This document shows positions 36,133-45,671 of a DNA stretch of 64,000 bases, piece by piece (the stretch's first letter is position 1; the number at the start of each line of letters is the position of its first letter). The DNA is from Oscillospiraceae bacterium. GTDB taxonomy: Bacteria; Bacillota; Clostridia; Oscillospirales; Acutalibacteraceae. Where the stretch lies: NCBI GenBank assembly GCA_015065795.1, contig SVPO01000001.1, positions 4,453 through 68,452 on the forward strand, given 5' to 3'. A program made the position numbers and the translations under genes. The notes under the pieces are model-generated. The model worked only from the letters and a program-made list of their open reading frames with translations. It was not told the DNA's origin and did no database searches.

Positions 36133-36161
36133 ATAATACACGTTTTTTGTTCTTTTTACAA
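36133..36161 (-). promoter_or_regulatory. candidate promoter of the SPFH operon
   Basis: Minus strand reads TTGTAA - 17 nt - TATTAT in an AT-rich patch about 100 nt upstream of the ATG. Confidence 0.45.
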
Positions 36162-36187
36162 GTAACTACGGACAAAAACGTCACTTT

Positions 36188-36231
36188 GACAAAACAAAGC
36201 CGCGAAGTCTGTGGCATTCAGACTTCGCGGC
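36188..36231 (-). terminator. intrinsic terminator ending an upstream non-coding transcript or long 3' UTR
   Basis: GCCGCGAAGTCTG/CAGACTTCGCGGC 13-bp stem. The minus strand is followed by TTTGTTTTG. Confidence 0.65.
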
Positions 36232-36518
36232 GTTCCGCCTGTACGGAATAGAAATAGGAAGGAAGTTGACTTCCGGTGTTGGCAGACACCGGAAAGAACG
36301 GCGGTGCCGTCCCTGGCAGAGGACAGGCACTGCAAGGCAATACACACATAATTTGGAGCATCTGAAACAGGTGTTTGCACAGGCGGTATCAGAAAGGGAG
36401 TAAAAGGGAATCATCCCTTTTCGCCTGTATTGTACAGAGCCAATGTTACGCGAGCATTAACAAAAGTCTGACATTTCGTTTTTCGCGGGCAAAATGCTTT
36501 ATATTTCCATCCCGATAC

Positions 36519-36561
36519 ATAAAACAGCCGTCCGGCGCTGCGGATGCAGACCGGACGGCTG
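36519..36561 (-). terminator. intrinsic terminator of the Opp-like operon
   Basis: CAGCCGTCCGG/CCGGACGGCTG stem. The minus strand is followed by TTTTAT. Confidence 0.7.
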
Positions 36562-36572
36562 TAATCAGTTTA

Positions 36573-36842
36573 TCAGAACCAGACGTAGATGCAGAACAGG
36601 ATGAACAGGAAGATAGCCACAGCGTATATGCTGCCCACAAGCAGCGACGCTGCCAGAATTCCTCCCGTCATGGCGCGGCGTCCTTCGGGGGTAAGCTCCT
36701 CGGGCTGCTCGCCGCTCTGACCGTCCTGCGCTCCGTCGCTGAGCTTCGGAGCCGACGGACCCTTGTACCACGGCATACCCTCAACATTCATGTTGGCAAT
36801 GGTACGACCGTCGTCCTCGAATTTTACCTTATCCTTTTTCAC
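36573..36842 (-). CDS. small tail-anchored protein at the end of the Opp-like operon
   Basis: GTG start 7 nt after the upstream stop, with no clear SD. C-terminal TM GGILAASLLVGSIYAVAIFLFILFCIYVWF. Confidence 0.45.
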   Translation of the reverse strand: MKKDKVKFEDDGRTIANMNVEGMPWYKGPSAPKLSDGAQDGQSGEQPEELTPEGRRAMTGGILAASLLVGSIYAVAIFLFILFCIYVWF

Positions 36843-36848
36843 TTTGAC

Positions 36849-37928
36849 TTACTGCTCGTTGTAGAGATGGCAGGCGACAAAGTGACCCGGTCTTACCTCA
36901 CGGAACTCGGGAGTCTGCTTGCTGCAGATCTCCATGCACTGAGAGCAGCGAGTGTGGAACTTGCAGCCCTTGGGAGGATTTGCCGGAGAGGGAATGCTTC
37001 CCTCAAGGATGACGCGGTTCATCTTGGCGTCGGGATCGGGCACGGGGATCGCCGAGAACAGAGCCTTGGTGTAGGGGTGCAGGGGATTGTCAAAGAGCTC
37101 ATCGGTCTCGGCATACTCTGCCATGGAGCCCAGGTACATGACGCCGACGGTGTCGGAAATGTGCTGGACAACGGACAGGTCGTGGGAGATGAACAGATAG
37201 GTCAGACCGAATTCCTTCTGCAGGTCGCGGAGCAGGTTGATGATCTGAGCCTGAATGGAAACGTCCAGAGCGGAGACCGGCTCGTCGCAGAGGATGAACT
37301 CGGGATTCAGAGCAAGTGCTCTGGCGATGCAGATTCTCTGACGCTGACCGCCGGAGAACTCGTGGGGATATCTGTCCTTGTGGTAGTCCTGCAGACCGCA
37401 GGCACGCATAATGCGGGTGACGTATGCATCCAGCTCATTTTCAGGAACGATCTTATGCTCTCTGACTGCCTCGCCGATGATCTCGCCGATGGGCAGACGG
37501 GGAGAAAGGCTGGAATAGGGATCCTGGAAGATGATCTGCAGCTTGGGGCGCATCTTGCGCAGCTCGTCATGGTTGAGCTTGAAGATGTCCACGCCATTGA
37601 AGAGAACCTCGCCGGAGGTCTTTTCGTGGAGGCGAAGGATGGTGCGTCCGATGGTGGACTTGCCGCATCCGGACTCGCCCACCAGACCCATGGTGGTGCC
37701 TCTCTTGATGGAGAAGGAAACGCCGTCAACAGCCTTGACGTTGCCGATGGTGAACTTGAAGAATGCCGACTTGATGGGGAAATACTTCTTGAGATTTCTC
37801 ACCACAAGCAGGTCGTCGTTCTTTGCTTCAACAGGGGCTGCAGCCGGTTCGGCAGCGGTGTCTGCAGTCTGTTCCGCGGTGTAGTCTGCTGCGGTTTCGT
37901 TGACAGTGGTCTTGATTTCTTCGCTCAT
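36849..37928 (-). CDS. Opp/Dpp-type ABC transporter ATP-binding protein (OppF-like) with acidic N-terminal extension
   Basis: Track ORF trimmed to MSEEIK (GGAGGAG RBS). Walker [15 protein letters not shown]-like FSGGQRQR, C-terminal oligopeptide-type CKFHTRC motif. Confidence 0.9.
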   Translation of the reverse strand: MSEEIKTTVNETAADYTAEQTADTAAEPAAAPVEAKNDDLLVVRNLKKYFPIKSAFFKFTIGNVKAVDGVSFSIKRGTTMGLVGESGCGKSTIGRTILRLHEKTSGEVLFNGVDIFKLNHDELRKMRPKLQIIFQDPYSSLSPRLPIGEIIGEAVREHKIVPENELDAYVTRIMRACGLQDYHKDRYPHEFSGGQRQRICIARALALNPEFILCDEPVSALDVSIQAQIINLLRDLQKEFGLTYLFISHDLSVVQHISDTVGVMYLGSMAEYAETDELFDNPLHPYTKALFSAIPVPDPDAKMNRVILEGSIPSPANPPKGCKFHTRCSQCMEICSKQTPEFREVRPGHFVACHLYNEQ

Positions 37929-37929
37929 A

Positions 37930-39171
37930 TTACAACTCCTCCACATTCACAGACTTGGGAGCGCTGACTTCCTCACCTGTTTCGGCAAAGCGATAGCAGG
38001 CAACATAGTGGGTGTCGCTGATCTTGTAGGTGGGCGGATAGTTGCCCTTGCACGCCTCGGTGCAATACTCGCAGCGGTCACGGAAGTAGCAGTAGTTGGG
38101 CATATCCACAGGATTGGGAACGCTGCCCGGGATGTTATACAGCTCGTCCACCTTCTGGCCGACCACAGGCTTGGACTTCATCAGGCCGATGGTGTAGGGA
38201 TGGGACGGGTTGTGGAAAATGTCTCGGCTCAGGCCCTTTTCCACGATGCGGCCGGCGTACATGACCACAACGTAGTCAGCCATGTCGGCGACAACGCCCA
38301 GATCGTGGGTGATGAGCATGATGGAGCTGCCGATCTTGTCCTTCAGACCCTTGAGCAGGTCGAGGATCTGTGCCTGAATGGTGACATCCAGCGCGGTGGT
38401 GGGCTCGTCGGCGATGATAAGCTCGGGGTTGCAGGACAGCGCCATGGCGATCATAACGCGCTGGCGCATACCGCCGGACAGCTCGTGGGGGTACATCTTA
38501 TAGACGCCCTCGCTGTTGGCGATACCGACCATCTTGAGCATATCGATGGAGTGCTGCCTGATCCTGGCGCGGCGGTTCTTCTTTTCTTCCTTGGTGAGCT
38601 TCTTGTCTTTATCGTCACCAAAGAGAACCTCGCCGTGAAGCTCCATGACCTCGTCCAGCTGCTTGCCGATCTTGAAGACCGGGTTGAGGCTGGTCATGGG
38701 CTCCTGGAAGATCATGGACAGCTTGTTGCCGCGGATGTCACGCATGGCATCGGTGGGAGTGTTGACGATGTTGTAAGCTTCGCCGTCACCCATGTTGAAG
38801 CGGATCTCGCCGCCGACGGTCTGACCCTGAGGACGCTGAAGCAGCTGCATCAGGGACAGGGAGGTAACGCTCTTGCCGCAGCCCGACTCGCCGACGACGC
38901 CGACGGTGGTCTGCTTGGGGATCTCGAAGCTGATGCCGTCAACAGCCTTGACGGTGCCGATGTCGGTGAAGAAGTAGGTGCAGACGTTGTCGAACTCGAC
39001 CACGTTGCCGCTGTCCTTCATCTTGGTGGTGTACATCTCGGGGTTGTTCTTTGCGCTTTCGCGCTGCTTCTCCAGCTTACGGGTAAGCTTGCGGTTGAAG
39101 CGGATTATTTTCTTCGACTCTCTGCCGGAAATATAAGAGCTTTTCTTGGAGCCGGATTTCTTTTCACTCAT
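37930..39171 (-). CDS. Opp/Dpp-type ABC transporter ATP-binding protein (OppD-like) with basic N-terminal extension
   Basis: AAGGAGG RBS. Walker [18 protein letters not shown], and a ~55-aa Lys/Arg/Ser-rich N-terminus. Confidence 0.9.
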   Translation of the reverse strand: MSEKKSGSKKSSYISGRESKKIIRFNRKLTRKLEKQRESAKNNPEMYTTKMKDSGNVVEFDNVCTYFFTDIGTVKAVDGISFEIPKQTTVGVVGESGCGKSVTSLSLMQLLQRPQGQTVGGEIRFNMGDGEAYNIVNTPTDAMRDIRGNKLSMIFQEPMTSLNPVFKIGKQLDEVMELHGEVLFGDDKDKKLTKEEKKNRRARIRQHSIDMLKMVGIANSEGVYKMYPHELSGGMRQRVMIAMALSCNPELIIADEPTTALDVTIQAQILDLLKGLKDKIGSSIMLITHDLGVVADMADYVVVMYAGRIVEKGLSRDIFHNPSHPYTIGLMKSKPVVGQKVDELYNIPGSVPNPVDMPNYCYFRDRCEYCTEACKGNYPPTYKISDTHYVACYRFAETGEEVSAPKSVNVEEL

Positions 39172-39185
39172 TTCTGCCCGCCTCC

Positions 39186-41228
39186 TTATTTCATTTTGGG
39201 ATCGAACGCGTCTCTCAGACCGTCACCGACAAAGTTGAAGGCGATAACGGTAAGGCAGATGAGAGCGCCGACGGGGATCCAGATATATGCGTAGCGGATC
39301 ATGTTCTCGTTGGACGAGGTAATGGAGTTGATCATGGTGCCCCAGGTTGCCAGCGGATGCTTGACGCCCAGACCCAGGAAGGACAGGGTGGACTCGGTGA
39401 TGATGACGCTGCCCAGACCCATGGTGGCGGTAACGATCAGCTGAGGCATGACGTTGGGGATGAGGTGACGGAAGATCCTTCTGGAGGTGGAAAGGCCGGT
39501 AGCCTCGGCGGCAGTCATGAACTCCTGCTCACGCAGGGAGAGGATCTGACCGCGGACCATACGGGCAACGCCAGCCCAGCCAAGGAATCCCAGAACCGCC
39601 ATCATCCATATCAATCGCTGATAGGAATCCAGCTTGAGGGAGTCAAACATGGAACCGAGGATGATGAGGATGGGCATGGAGGGGATGCAGTAGAAGATAT
39701 CGACCAGACGCATGATGAGGGTATCCACCCAGCCGCCGAAGTAGCCGGCGATGCCGCCCAGCACAACGCCGATAAGCAGCTCGATGATGACGACAACGAA
39801 GCCGACCATCAGGGAGATTCTGCCGCCGTACATCATACGGGCAAGGATGTCCATGCCGTCGGCATCGGTGCCGAAGATGTGCTCACTGGAGGGCTCGGCG
39901 TAGATGTCGATGAGGTAGGTGACCTGCTCGCAGTTGAGGACGTACTGTCCTTCCTTGCGGGTGACGGTGATGGTGGAATCCTCGGTGGTGGTGTTGCCTT
40001 CCTCGTCCAGCACATACTGACCGTTTTCGTCAATACGGGGCAGAGCGAAGGTAAAGGAGCCGGTGGTCTGACCGTTGGCGATCATGTCGTCAACGGTGGT
40101 GGCGGCGATCTCCTTGAACTCGAGGCTCAGGGAGTCCTCACCGCTGTAGCGGCGGATACTGTAGGTGCCCAGCTCGGCGAGCTTATCGGAGCCGGCACTG
40201 ATGACGAAGTCGCCGTCTTCCTTGGATACGGTGTAGTCGGTACCGTCGGCGGTGAACTTGCCGTCGTCGTACATAGACAGCAGAGCGCCGACCTTGACAG
40301 CGTCGCTGAGCTGTGCGCCGATCTCATAGGAGTCGAAAACGAACAGGGAGCTGACGATGAGGGGCTGAGCGGCGCCGGTGCTCTGGAGAGTAAAGGAGCC
40401 CTTGTCGCCCACAACGGTGTACTTAGTGCCGTTGTAATCAAAGGAGCCGCCCAGATTGGAGAGCATTGCCTCCTGCAGAGCGGGGTCTGCCTCGGAGCCG
40501 TCGCTGAGCTTCAGCACGGCAGAGGAGGAATCCTTGATGTTGTAGAAGCCCTTGCCTGCATCCTCGATGATGTAGGTAAGCTCGCCGCTGACAAAGGAAG
40601 TCTCACCGGCACTGATGGCGGCGGCGCAGTCCTTTTCAAAGGCAGCGTTGGCTTCGGTTCCTTCGGGATAGACGTACTTGTCCACGCGGCTGTTGTACTT
40701 AGCCACGTCGGCAAAGCCGCTGAGCTTGCCTTCCTCAACAACGAGGACACCGGAAAGCTGATAGACCTTGTCGCCCAGCTTGTTCAGGTTGTAGACGGTG
40801 CCGGAGGACTCATCAACGATCTCACGCTCGGTCTCTCCATTAGCTTCCATCTCGTTGATGAAGGAAGTGATCTTGTTCTGAACGGTGTAGTGGATCTGAG
40901 CTTCCTCGTCAACGATGTAGTTGGTGTAGGAGGTACGCTCGGCAACGCTGGCGTAATCCACGTTCAGCTTGTCGTACTTGTAGAAGATCTCGGTCTGGCC
41001 GTACTTGTAGAACACGGGGCACAGGAAGGAGAACAGAAACATGGTGGCGAGGATGACGGTGCCGGCGATTGCCAGCTTGTTGCGCACGAAACGGTTGAAA
41101 ACCATCCGTCCCGGGCTGAGCACTTTGACTCGCTGGGTATCGTCAAGGGCGATCTCGCCGTCGCGGAGGGTGCGGCCGGTGCCTTCACGGGCTTCCTTTT
41201 CTTTAAGGACCTCATTGAAATTTTTCAT
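39186..41228 (-). CDS. Opp/Dpp-type ABC permease (OppC-like) with ~430-aa extracytoplasmic insert after TM1
   Basis: AAGGAGG RBS. 680 aa. The C-terminal ~250 aa is a standard BPD_transp_1 core (FMTAAEATGLSTSRRIFRHLIPN). Confidence 0.85.
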   Translation of the reverse strand: MKNFNEVLKEKEAREGTGRTLRDGEIALDDTQRVKVLSPGRMVFNRFVRNKLAIAGTVILATMFLFSFLCPVFYKYGQTEIFYKYDKLNVDYASVAERTSYTNYIVDEEAQIHYTVQNKITSFINEMEANGETEREIVDESSGTVYNLNKLGDKVYQLSGVLVVEEGKLSGFADVAKYNSRVDKYVYPEGTEANAAFEKDCAAAISAGETSFVSGELTYIIEDAGKGFYNIKDSSSAVLKLSDGSEADPALQEAMLSNLGGSFDYNGTKYTVVGDKGSFTLQSTGAAQPLIVSSLFVFDSYEIGAQLSDAVKVGALLSMYDDGKFTADGTDYTVSKEDGDFVISAGSDKLAELGTYSIRRYSGEDSLSLEFKEIAATTVDDMIANGQTTGSFTFALPRIDENGQYVLDEEGNTTTEDSTITVTRKEGQYVLNCEQVTYLIDIYAEPSSEHIFGTDADGMDILARMMYGGRISLMVGFVVVIIELLIGVVLGGIAGYFGGWVDTLIMRLVDIFYCIPSMPILIILGSMFDSLKLDSYQRLIWMMAVLGFLGWAGVARMVRGQILSLREQEFMTAAEATGLSTSRRIFRHLIPNVMPQLIVTATMGLGSVIITESTLSFLGLGVKHPLATWGTMINSITSSNENMIRYAYIWIPVGALICLTVIAFNFVGDGLRDAFDPKMK

Positions 41229-41239
41229 GTGGCACCTCC

Positions 41240-42229
41240 TTAGTGAACTCTGACGCGAGGATCAACCACAGCGTACAGGATGTCGGAAATCAGTGTTCCC
41301 AGCAGCGTCAGAATGGAAATGAACGCCAGATAGAACATGGTGAAGGGAATATCGCCGCGGATCATCGACTGGTAGGAAGTGTAGCCGATGCCGGGGATGG
41401 AGAACAGCTGCTCGGTGATCAGTGCGCCGGAGAACAGACCGGGCAGAGAGCCGCCGAGGATGGTAACGATGGGAATGAGCGTATTTCTGAACGCATGGTA
41501 GCCGATGACCTTGCTTTCGGGAAGACCCTTGGCGCGTGCGGTGCGGATATAGTCGGCGTTGAGCACCTCGAGGGTGTTGGCGCGGGTATATCTCATCAGA
41601 CCACCGATGCTGACTATAGTCAGAGTAAGAGCGGGCAGCACGAAGTGGGAAACAACGTCGAAGAACTGTCCCACAGGTGTCATGTTGATATAGTCACGGC
41701 TCTGGAAGCCGCCGATATCAAACCAGCCCAGCTGAACGGCGAAGACCATCTTGAGCATGATCGCCGTGAAGAAGGTGGGCAGTGAAATACCGATCAGGGA
41801 TACCACCGTGATGGAATAGTCGGTAAGGCTGTACTGCTTTCTTGCGGCAAGAACGCCCAGAGGAATGGCAATGATTATCTCAAGAACAAAGGAAACTGCG
41901 CCCAGAGCGAAGCTGTACCAGACAACGTCCTGGAACTTTTCGGTGACGGGAACGGTCCATGCCCAGCTGTCGCCGAAGTCGCCCTTGACGGCGGACTTGA
42001 GCCAGGTCAGGTATCCTTCAAAAACGCCCTTGTCCATACCGTACTGGGCGTTGAGCTCGGCAAGCCACTGCGCGGCGCTTTTCTGTGAGCCGGGCTTGGC
42101 AGCCATTTCACGTGCCATGTTCTCGACGTAGCTCGAAGGAAGAGAGTACATCAGAACATAGACGATGAACATAACGAAGAAGAAAATTACTGTGCAGGTC
42201 AGTAATCGTTTGATTATGAATTTTGTCAT
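41240..42229 (-). CDS. Opp/Dpp-type ABC permease (OppB-like)
   Basis: Track ORF trimmed to MTKFIIKRLL. Contains the YIRTARAKGLPESKVIGYHAFRN EAA loop. Confidence 0.9.
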   Translation of the reverse strand: MTKFIIKRLLTCTVIFFFVMFIVYVLMYSLPSSYVENMAREMAAKPGSQKSAAQWLAELNAQYGMDKGVFEGYLTWLKSAVKGDFGDSWAWTVPVTEKFQDVVWYSFALGAVSFVLEIIIAIPLGVLAARKQYSLTDYSITVVSLIGISLPTFFTAIMLKMVFAVQLGWFDIGGFQSRDYINMTPVGQFFDVVSHFVLPALTLTIVSIGGLMRYTRANTLEVLNADYIRTARAKGLPESKVIGYHAFRNTLIPIVTILGGSLPGLFSGALITEQLFSIPGIGYTSYQSMIRGDIPFTMFYLAFISILTLLGTLISDILYAVVDPRVRVH

Positions 42230-42344
42230 AAAACACACCTACCAAAAAGATTTTTGTCCTTCGGTTCCGGCGTTGATACTGACCCCGGGGAACTGGTGCG
42301 CGGAAAAATCGGGAGGGACCAGTAAATACTGCGCGGTATTACAT

Positions 42345-42385
42345 AAAAGGGTGTCATCAGCGCCCCGTGACGGAGCGCTGATGAC
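42345..42385 (-). terminator. attenuator-like hairpin between the binding-protein and permease genes
   Basis: GTCATCAGCGC/GCGCTGATGAC 11-bp stem. The minus strand has ACCCTTTTA after it (weak, offset T-tract). Confidence 0.4.
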
Positions 42386-42456
42386 GGAAAATAAACTAAC
42401 GATTATCTCTGAGCAAGGTTCGCTCAGCAGAGCTGCCTGATCTGAAAGGATTCAGA

Positions 42457-44799
42457 TTACTCGGCAGGATTCATCTCCAGCTTCTCCAGATCGTTCATCC
42501 AGCCCCAGAAGGTGGTGATGTCGGGAGTGAGGGTATCGATGTTGATGCGCTCGGTGGAGAAGATGATAGCGTTCTGACGCTGATAGGTGGGGATCTCGCA
42601 AGCCCAGTCAAGGATGATGTCCAGGCACTGCTTGTAGGTAGCCTTTCTGAAGCTCTGGTCGGTGGAGGAACGGGCAGCCATGATCAGCTCGTCCAGCTTA
42701 GCATCAGTGATGCAGTAGTGGTTGCTGTTGGTGGAGTTCTCCAGACCGGCACAGTTGGAGCTGTGATAGATCTGATACATATCGGGATCGATGGTTGCGC
42801 CCCAGGCAGCAGCCCAGATCTCGCAGGTGTTGGCATCCAGAGCATCCCACAGGATGGAGGAGTCAGCAAGGTCGGTGACCTGCAGGTCGATGCCGATCTC
42901 AGCCAGAGCAGCGGAAGTAGCGGTAGCAATACCGAATACGGGGTGGTCACCAACGCCGTCAGCGGGGATGGTGAACTCGTAGGTCATGGAAGCACCCTCG
43001 GGAGCAGCGGTGAACTTACCGGCAGCGTCGTCCCAGGTGTAACCGGCAGCCTTGAAGAAGCCGATAGCGGCATCCAGAGCAGCGGCATAGCGCTCCTCGT
43101 CGTTCATGGCATCGGTGTAGATGGACTTGCCCTCTGCGTCAACAGAGTAAGCGATCTGATAACCCTCGTCGGCAGGCTTGGGAGCAGCCCAGGAGGTGTT
43201 GGAGATGGGATACTGGATAACAGAGGCGCGCTCGCCGTAGTAGGAGTTGATGACGGTGTCACGATAGACAGAGAACATGGTGGCGAAAGCCTTGCGCAGG
43301 TTCTTGGAAGCATCGCTGTCGGGCTCGCCGCCGACGTTGACGGTCTTGGCGCAGATGCCGATGTAGCCGTAGCCCAGGTTGTCAACGGTGTTGGTGGTGA
43401 TGACGGGGCCAACCAGAGCATCGTTGCCGTTGTAGGTCTTGATGGAGTTGACGACGTCGTCAGAGATGGAAGGATCGGAAACGTCCAGGCTGCCGGTGGC
43501 AACACCGGTCATCTTGTCAGCATCGGAAACTTCCTGGAACAGGATGTTGGTGATCTTGGGAGCGCCCTTGAAGTACAGGTCGTTCTTCTCGAAGGTTACA
43601 ACGCCGTTCTCATAGCTGACGAACTTGTAGGCACCGGCACCCAGAGGCTGGGTGGTCTTGGCCTTGACTCCGCTCAGGTCGCCCTTGTCGAAGCCGAACA
43701 TGTTCTTGTCGTAATCAAACTTGGCAGCGTCGCCGTAGTAGTGCATGGGAGCGACGGTAACAGCCAGCTGATAGATAGCGGTGGCGTCAACCTCGGTGAG
43801 GTGGACGTTGATGGTGTTCTCGTCAACCTTGGTGATACCGCTGATGTTGGGAGCGGACTCGGAGGTTGCAACACCGGCTGCGAACTCGTCAGCACGATCA
43901 CCCAGAGCCTCGTTGATGAAGGCGGTGATGGAGGTGCCGGCGGTCTCGTAGTTGATACCGGTATCGGAGAGATCCAGACCGTAGGTGTCAAGAATAGCGC
44001 CGAAGAAGTCCTCAGAAGTGGCATCCTCAGGCAGCTCGTAGCCCCACAGGGCAGCAGAGGTGCATACGTCAACTGCGCCGTAGTCGGCATAGTTGGCCAT
44101 GCAGTAGTCAACGATTTCCTGAGCGAAGTTGGTGCCGCCCTTCAGGAAAGCGGCCCAGTAGTACAGGGTCTGCTCCTCGGTGGCGAACTCGCTGACAGCC
44201 TCAGGACCGGCAGCAAGGATCAGGTTGGAAAGGGACTCCATACCTGCGCGATACTCATCCATACCCTCGATGGGCAGAGCGTAGAAGGTGCTGCTGCCGT
44301 CATAGGTGGGGTCGGAGAGGACGTACATGTTGAACAGAACGTCGTCAACGGTCAGGTCGTCGCCATCGGAGAAGACGATGTCGTCGCGGAGAGTGAAGGT
44401 GTAGTCGACGGTGCCGTCGGCATTTTCCTTGATCTCGCAGTCAGCGATACCATTGTAGAAGTAATCGGTACCGTTGTAATCGCGGGTCTCGCCCTCGATG
44501 CCCTTGAGGATCATGTTGCCGCCGCGGTCGTTGCCCAGCAGACCGACGGATACCATGGAAGCGACATCCTGGTCATAGGCGGAGTCGGCGAAGAAGGGGC
44601 TGAACTTCTCGGAGAAGTTGGCATAGCCAACAACCATGGTGTCTGCACCCTTGTAGGTGTCAACGTCAGTTTCGCTGACGTCGGTTGCGCTGGGAACCAC
44701 TACGGGCTCCGCAGCTTCCTCACCGCAGGCTGCCAGAGCAGACACGGTCATGAGAGAAGCCAGAACAAGCGCAAGAGCTTTCTTGAACTTTGCTTTCAT
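42457..44799 (-). CDS. family-5 (Opp/Dpp-type) ABC substrate-binding lipoprotein, unusually long (780 aa)
   Basis: GGAGGAAG RBS. Lipobox LAAC|G. SBP_bac_5-like body with extra segments. Confidence 0.85.
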   Translation of the reverse strand: MKAKFKKALALVLASLMTVSALAACGEEAAEPVVVPSATDVSETDVDTYKGADTMVVGYANFSEKFSPFFADSAYDQDVASMVSVGLLGNDRGGNMILKGIEGETRDYNGTDYFYNGIADCEIKENADGTVDYTFTLRDDIVFSDGDDLTVDDVLFNMYVLSDPTYDGSSTFYALPIEGMDEYRAGMESLSNLILAAGPEAVSEFATEEQTLYYWAAFLKGGTNFAQEIVDYCMANYADYGAVDVCTSAALWGYELPEDATSEDFFGAILDTYGLDLSDTGINYETAGTSITAFINEALGDRADEFAAGVATSESAPNISGITKVDENTINVHLTEVDATAIYQLAVTVAPMHYYGDAAKFDYDKNMFGFDKGDLSGVKAKTTQPLGAGAYKFVSYENGVVTFEKNDLYFKGAPKITNILFQEVSDADKMTGVATGSLDVSDPSISDDVVNSIKTYNGNDALVGPVITTNTVDNLGYGYIGICAKTVNVGGEPDSDASKNLRKAFATMFSVYRDTVINSYYGERASVIQYPISNTSWAAPKPADEGYQIAYSVDAEGKSIYTDAMNDEERYAAALDAAIGFFKAAGYTWDDAAGKFTAAPEGASMTYEFTIPADGVGDHPVFGIATATSAALAEIGIDLQVTDLADSSILWDALDANTCEIWAAAWGATIDPDMYQIYHSSNCAGLENSTNSNHYCITDAKLDELIMAARSSTDQSFRKATYKQCLDIILDWACEIPTYQRQNAIIFSTERINIDTLTPDITTFWGWMNDLEKLEMNPAE

Positions 44800-44874
44800 T
44801 TTTCTTCCTCCAGTATAGAAATTTCTATATACCGCAATACTCTGCGGATATATCCATAAGTATGGGACAGCGGA

Positions 44875-45429
44875 TCATTCGCAGTCGGAGGGGATGGCGC
44901 GCACATCGGCTGCCTTCCGGTTGATGAAGCTGTACACGCACGCACCCTGCGCGAGGGTCAGCATGGCGATGTATACAATGTCCTGCGGAATGAACAGCTC
45001 GTCCTTATAAAGGAAAGCGGCGATCACAGCTCCGATGAGAGCGGCGCCGTTGAGTATCATTGCCATGAACGAGCCGCCGGAAAAGCGGTCGCGCATACGC
45101 TCGGCGTACTCACGGGTCATGGGAGCCTGCGCGCGCAGGAACATCCATGCTCCCACAGAAGCAAAACCGAACGCCAGCAGAGCAAACGCCTGAGGCATCA
45201 GCACCCACATACAGCGTGCGCATCGGGTGTTGAGCAGCAGCGCCACCAGCTGTGCCGCCCAGAACAGCAGCACGCAGACGATCATCAGCGGTTTCGCTGC
45301 GGCGGTATCCTCCGGAGAAGCAGAGAGCTCGTAGCCGTCTCCTTTGTACACTGCTTTGGTTTTTAGCCTGCCTGATTTGTCGGGTACATTTTCCAGCCGG
45401 TAATCACCGACGTATTTGCGAAAGGACAT
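44875..45429 (-). CDS. hypothetical 4-TM membrane protein
   Basis: 184 aa. About 45-aa soluble N-terminus, then hydrophobic helices. Located upstream of the Opp-like genes on the same strand. Confidence 0.6.
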   Translation of the reverse strand: MSFRKYVGDYRLENVPDKSGRLKTKAVYKGDGYELSASPEDTAAAKPLMIVCVLLFWAAQLVALLLNTRCARCMWVLMPQAFALLAFGFASVGAWMFLRAQAPMTREYAERMRDRFSGGSFMAMILNGAALIGAVIAAFLYKDELFIPQDIVYIAMLTLAQGACVYSFINRKAADVRAIPSDCE

Positions 45430-45534
45430 TGCCCTGTATCATTCCTTCCTCTGACAAATGCACCCCTGAGATCCATGCGACACACTGTTCATTTAACGCT
45501 TTACTTCGTTGAAACTTCACTGTCGCACACGGAT

Positions 45535-45563
45535 ATTATAGAAAATTTTATAGCATTTGTCAA
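45535..45563 (-). promoter_or_regulatory. consensus promoter for the 44875..45429 gene (possibly also the Opp-like operon)
   Basis: Minus strand reads TTGACA - 17 nt - TATAAT. Confidence 0.65.
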
Positions 45564-45671
45564 ATAAAATTGCTAAATTCGTAGGGTAATGGCTCATATT
45601 TGAACGAATCGCCAAAGGACGAATCCAGAAAATAATCACTTTGCACAGCGCACCGACGGCTGCCGGAAACG

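Noticed and set aside
36232-36520. The structured intergenic segment was compared from memory with cobalamin, ZTP (it contains CCGCCTGTGC, versus CCGCCUGGGC), SRP RNA (AGGAAGGAAG), c-di-AMP, fluoride and Mn riboswitch consensus sequences. It was also translated to look for a decayed pspA.
   Set aside because: Only short partial resemblances were found and the partner elements are missing. No coiled-coil-like reading frame appeared. It is kept only as an unclassified candidate RNA.
36375-44859. Four very long plus-strand ORFs (36375..37967, 37900..39294, 39357..41243, 42718..44859; 464-713 aa) antisense to the Opp-like genes.
   Set aside because: Same shadow-ORF phenomenon: Gly/Asp/Val/Leu/Ala-rich translations, no SD sequences, and each is co-extensive with a well-supported minus-strand ABC gene.
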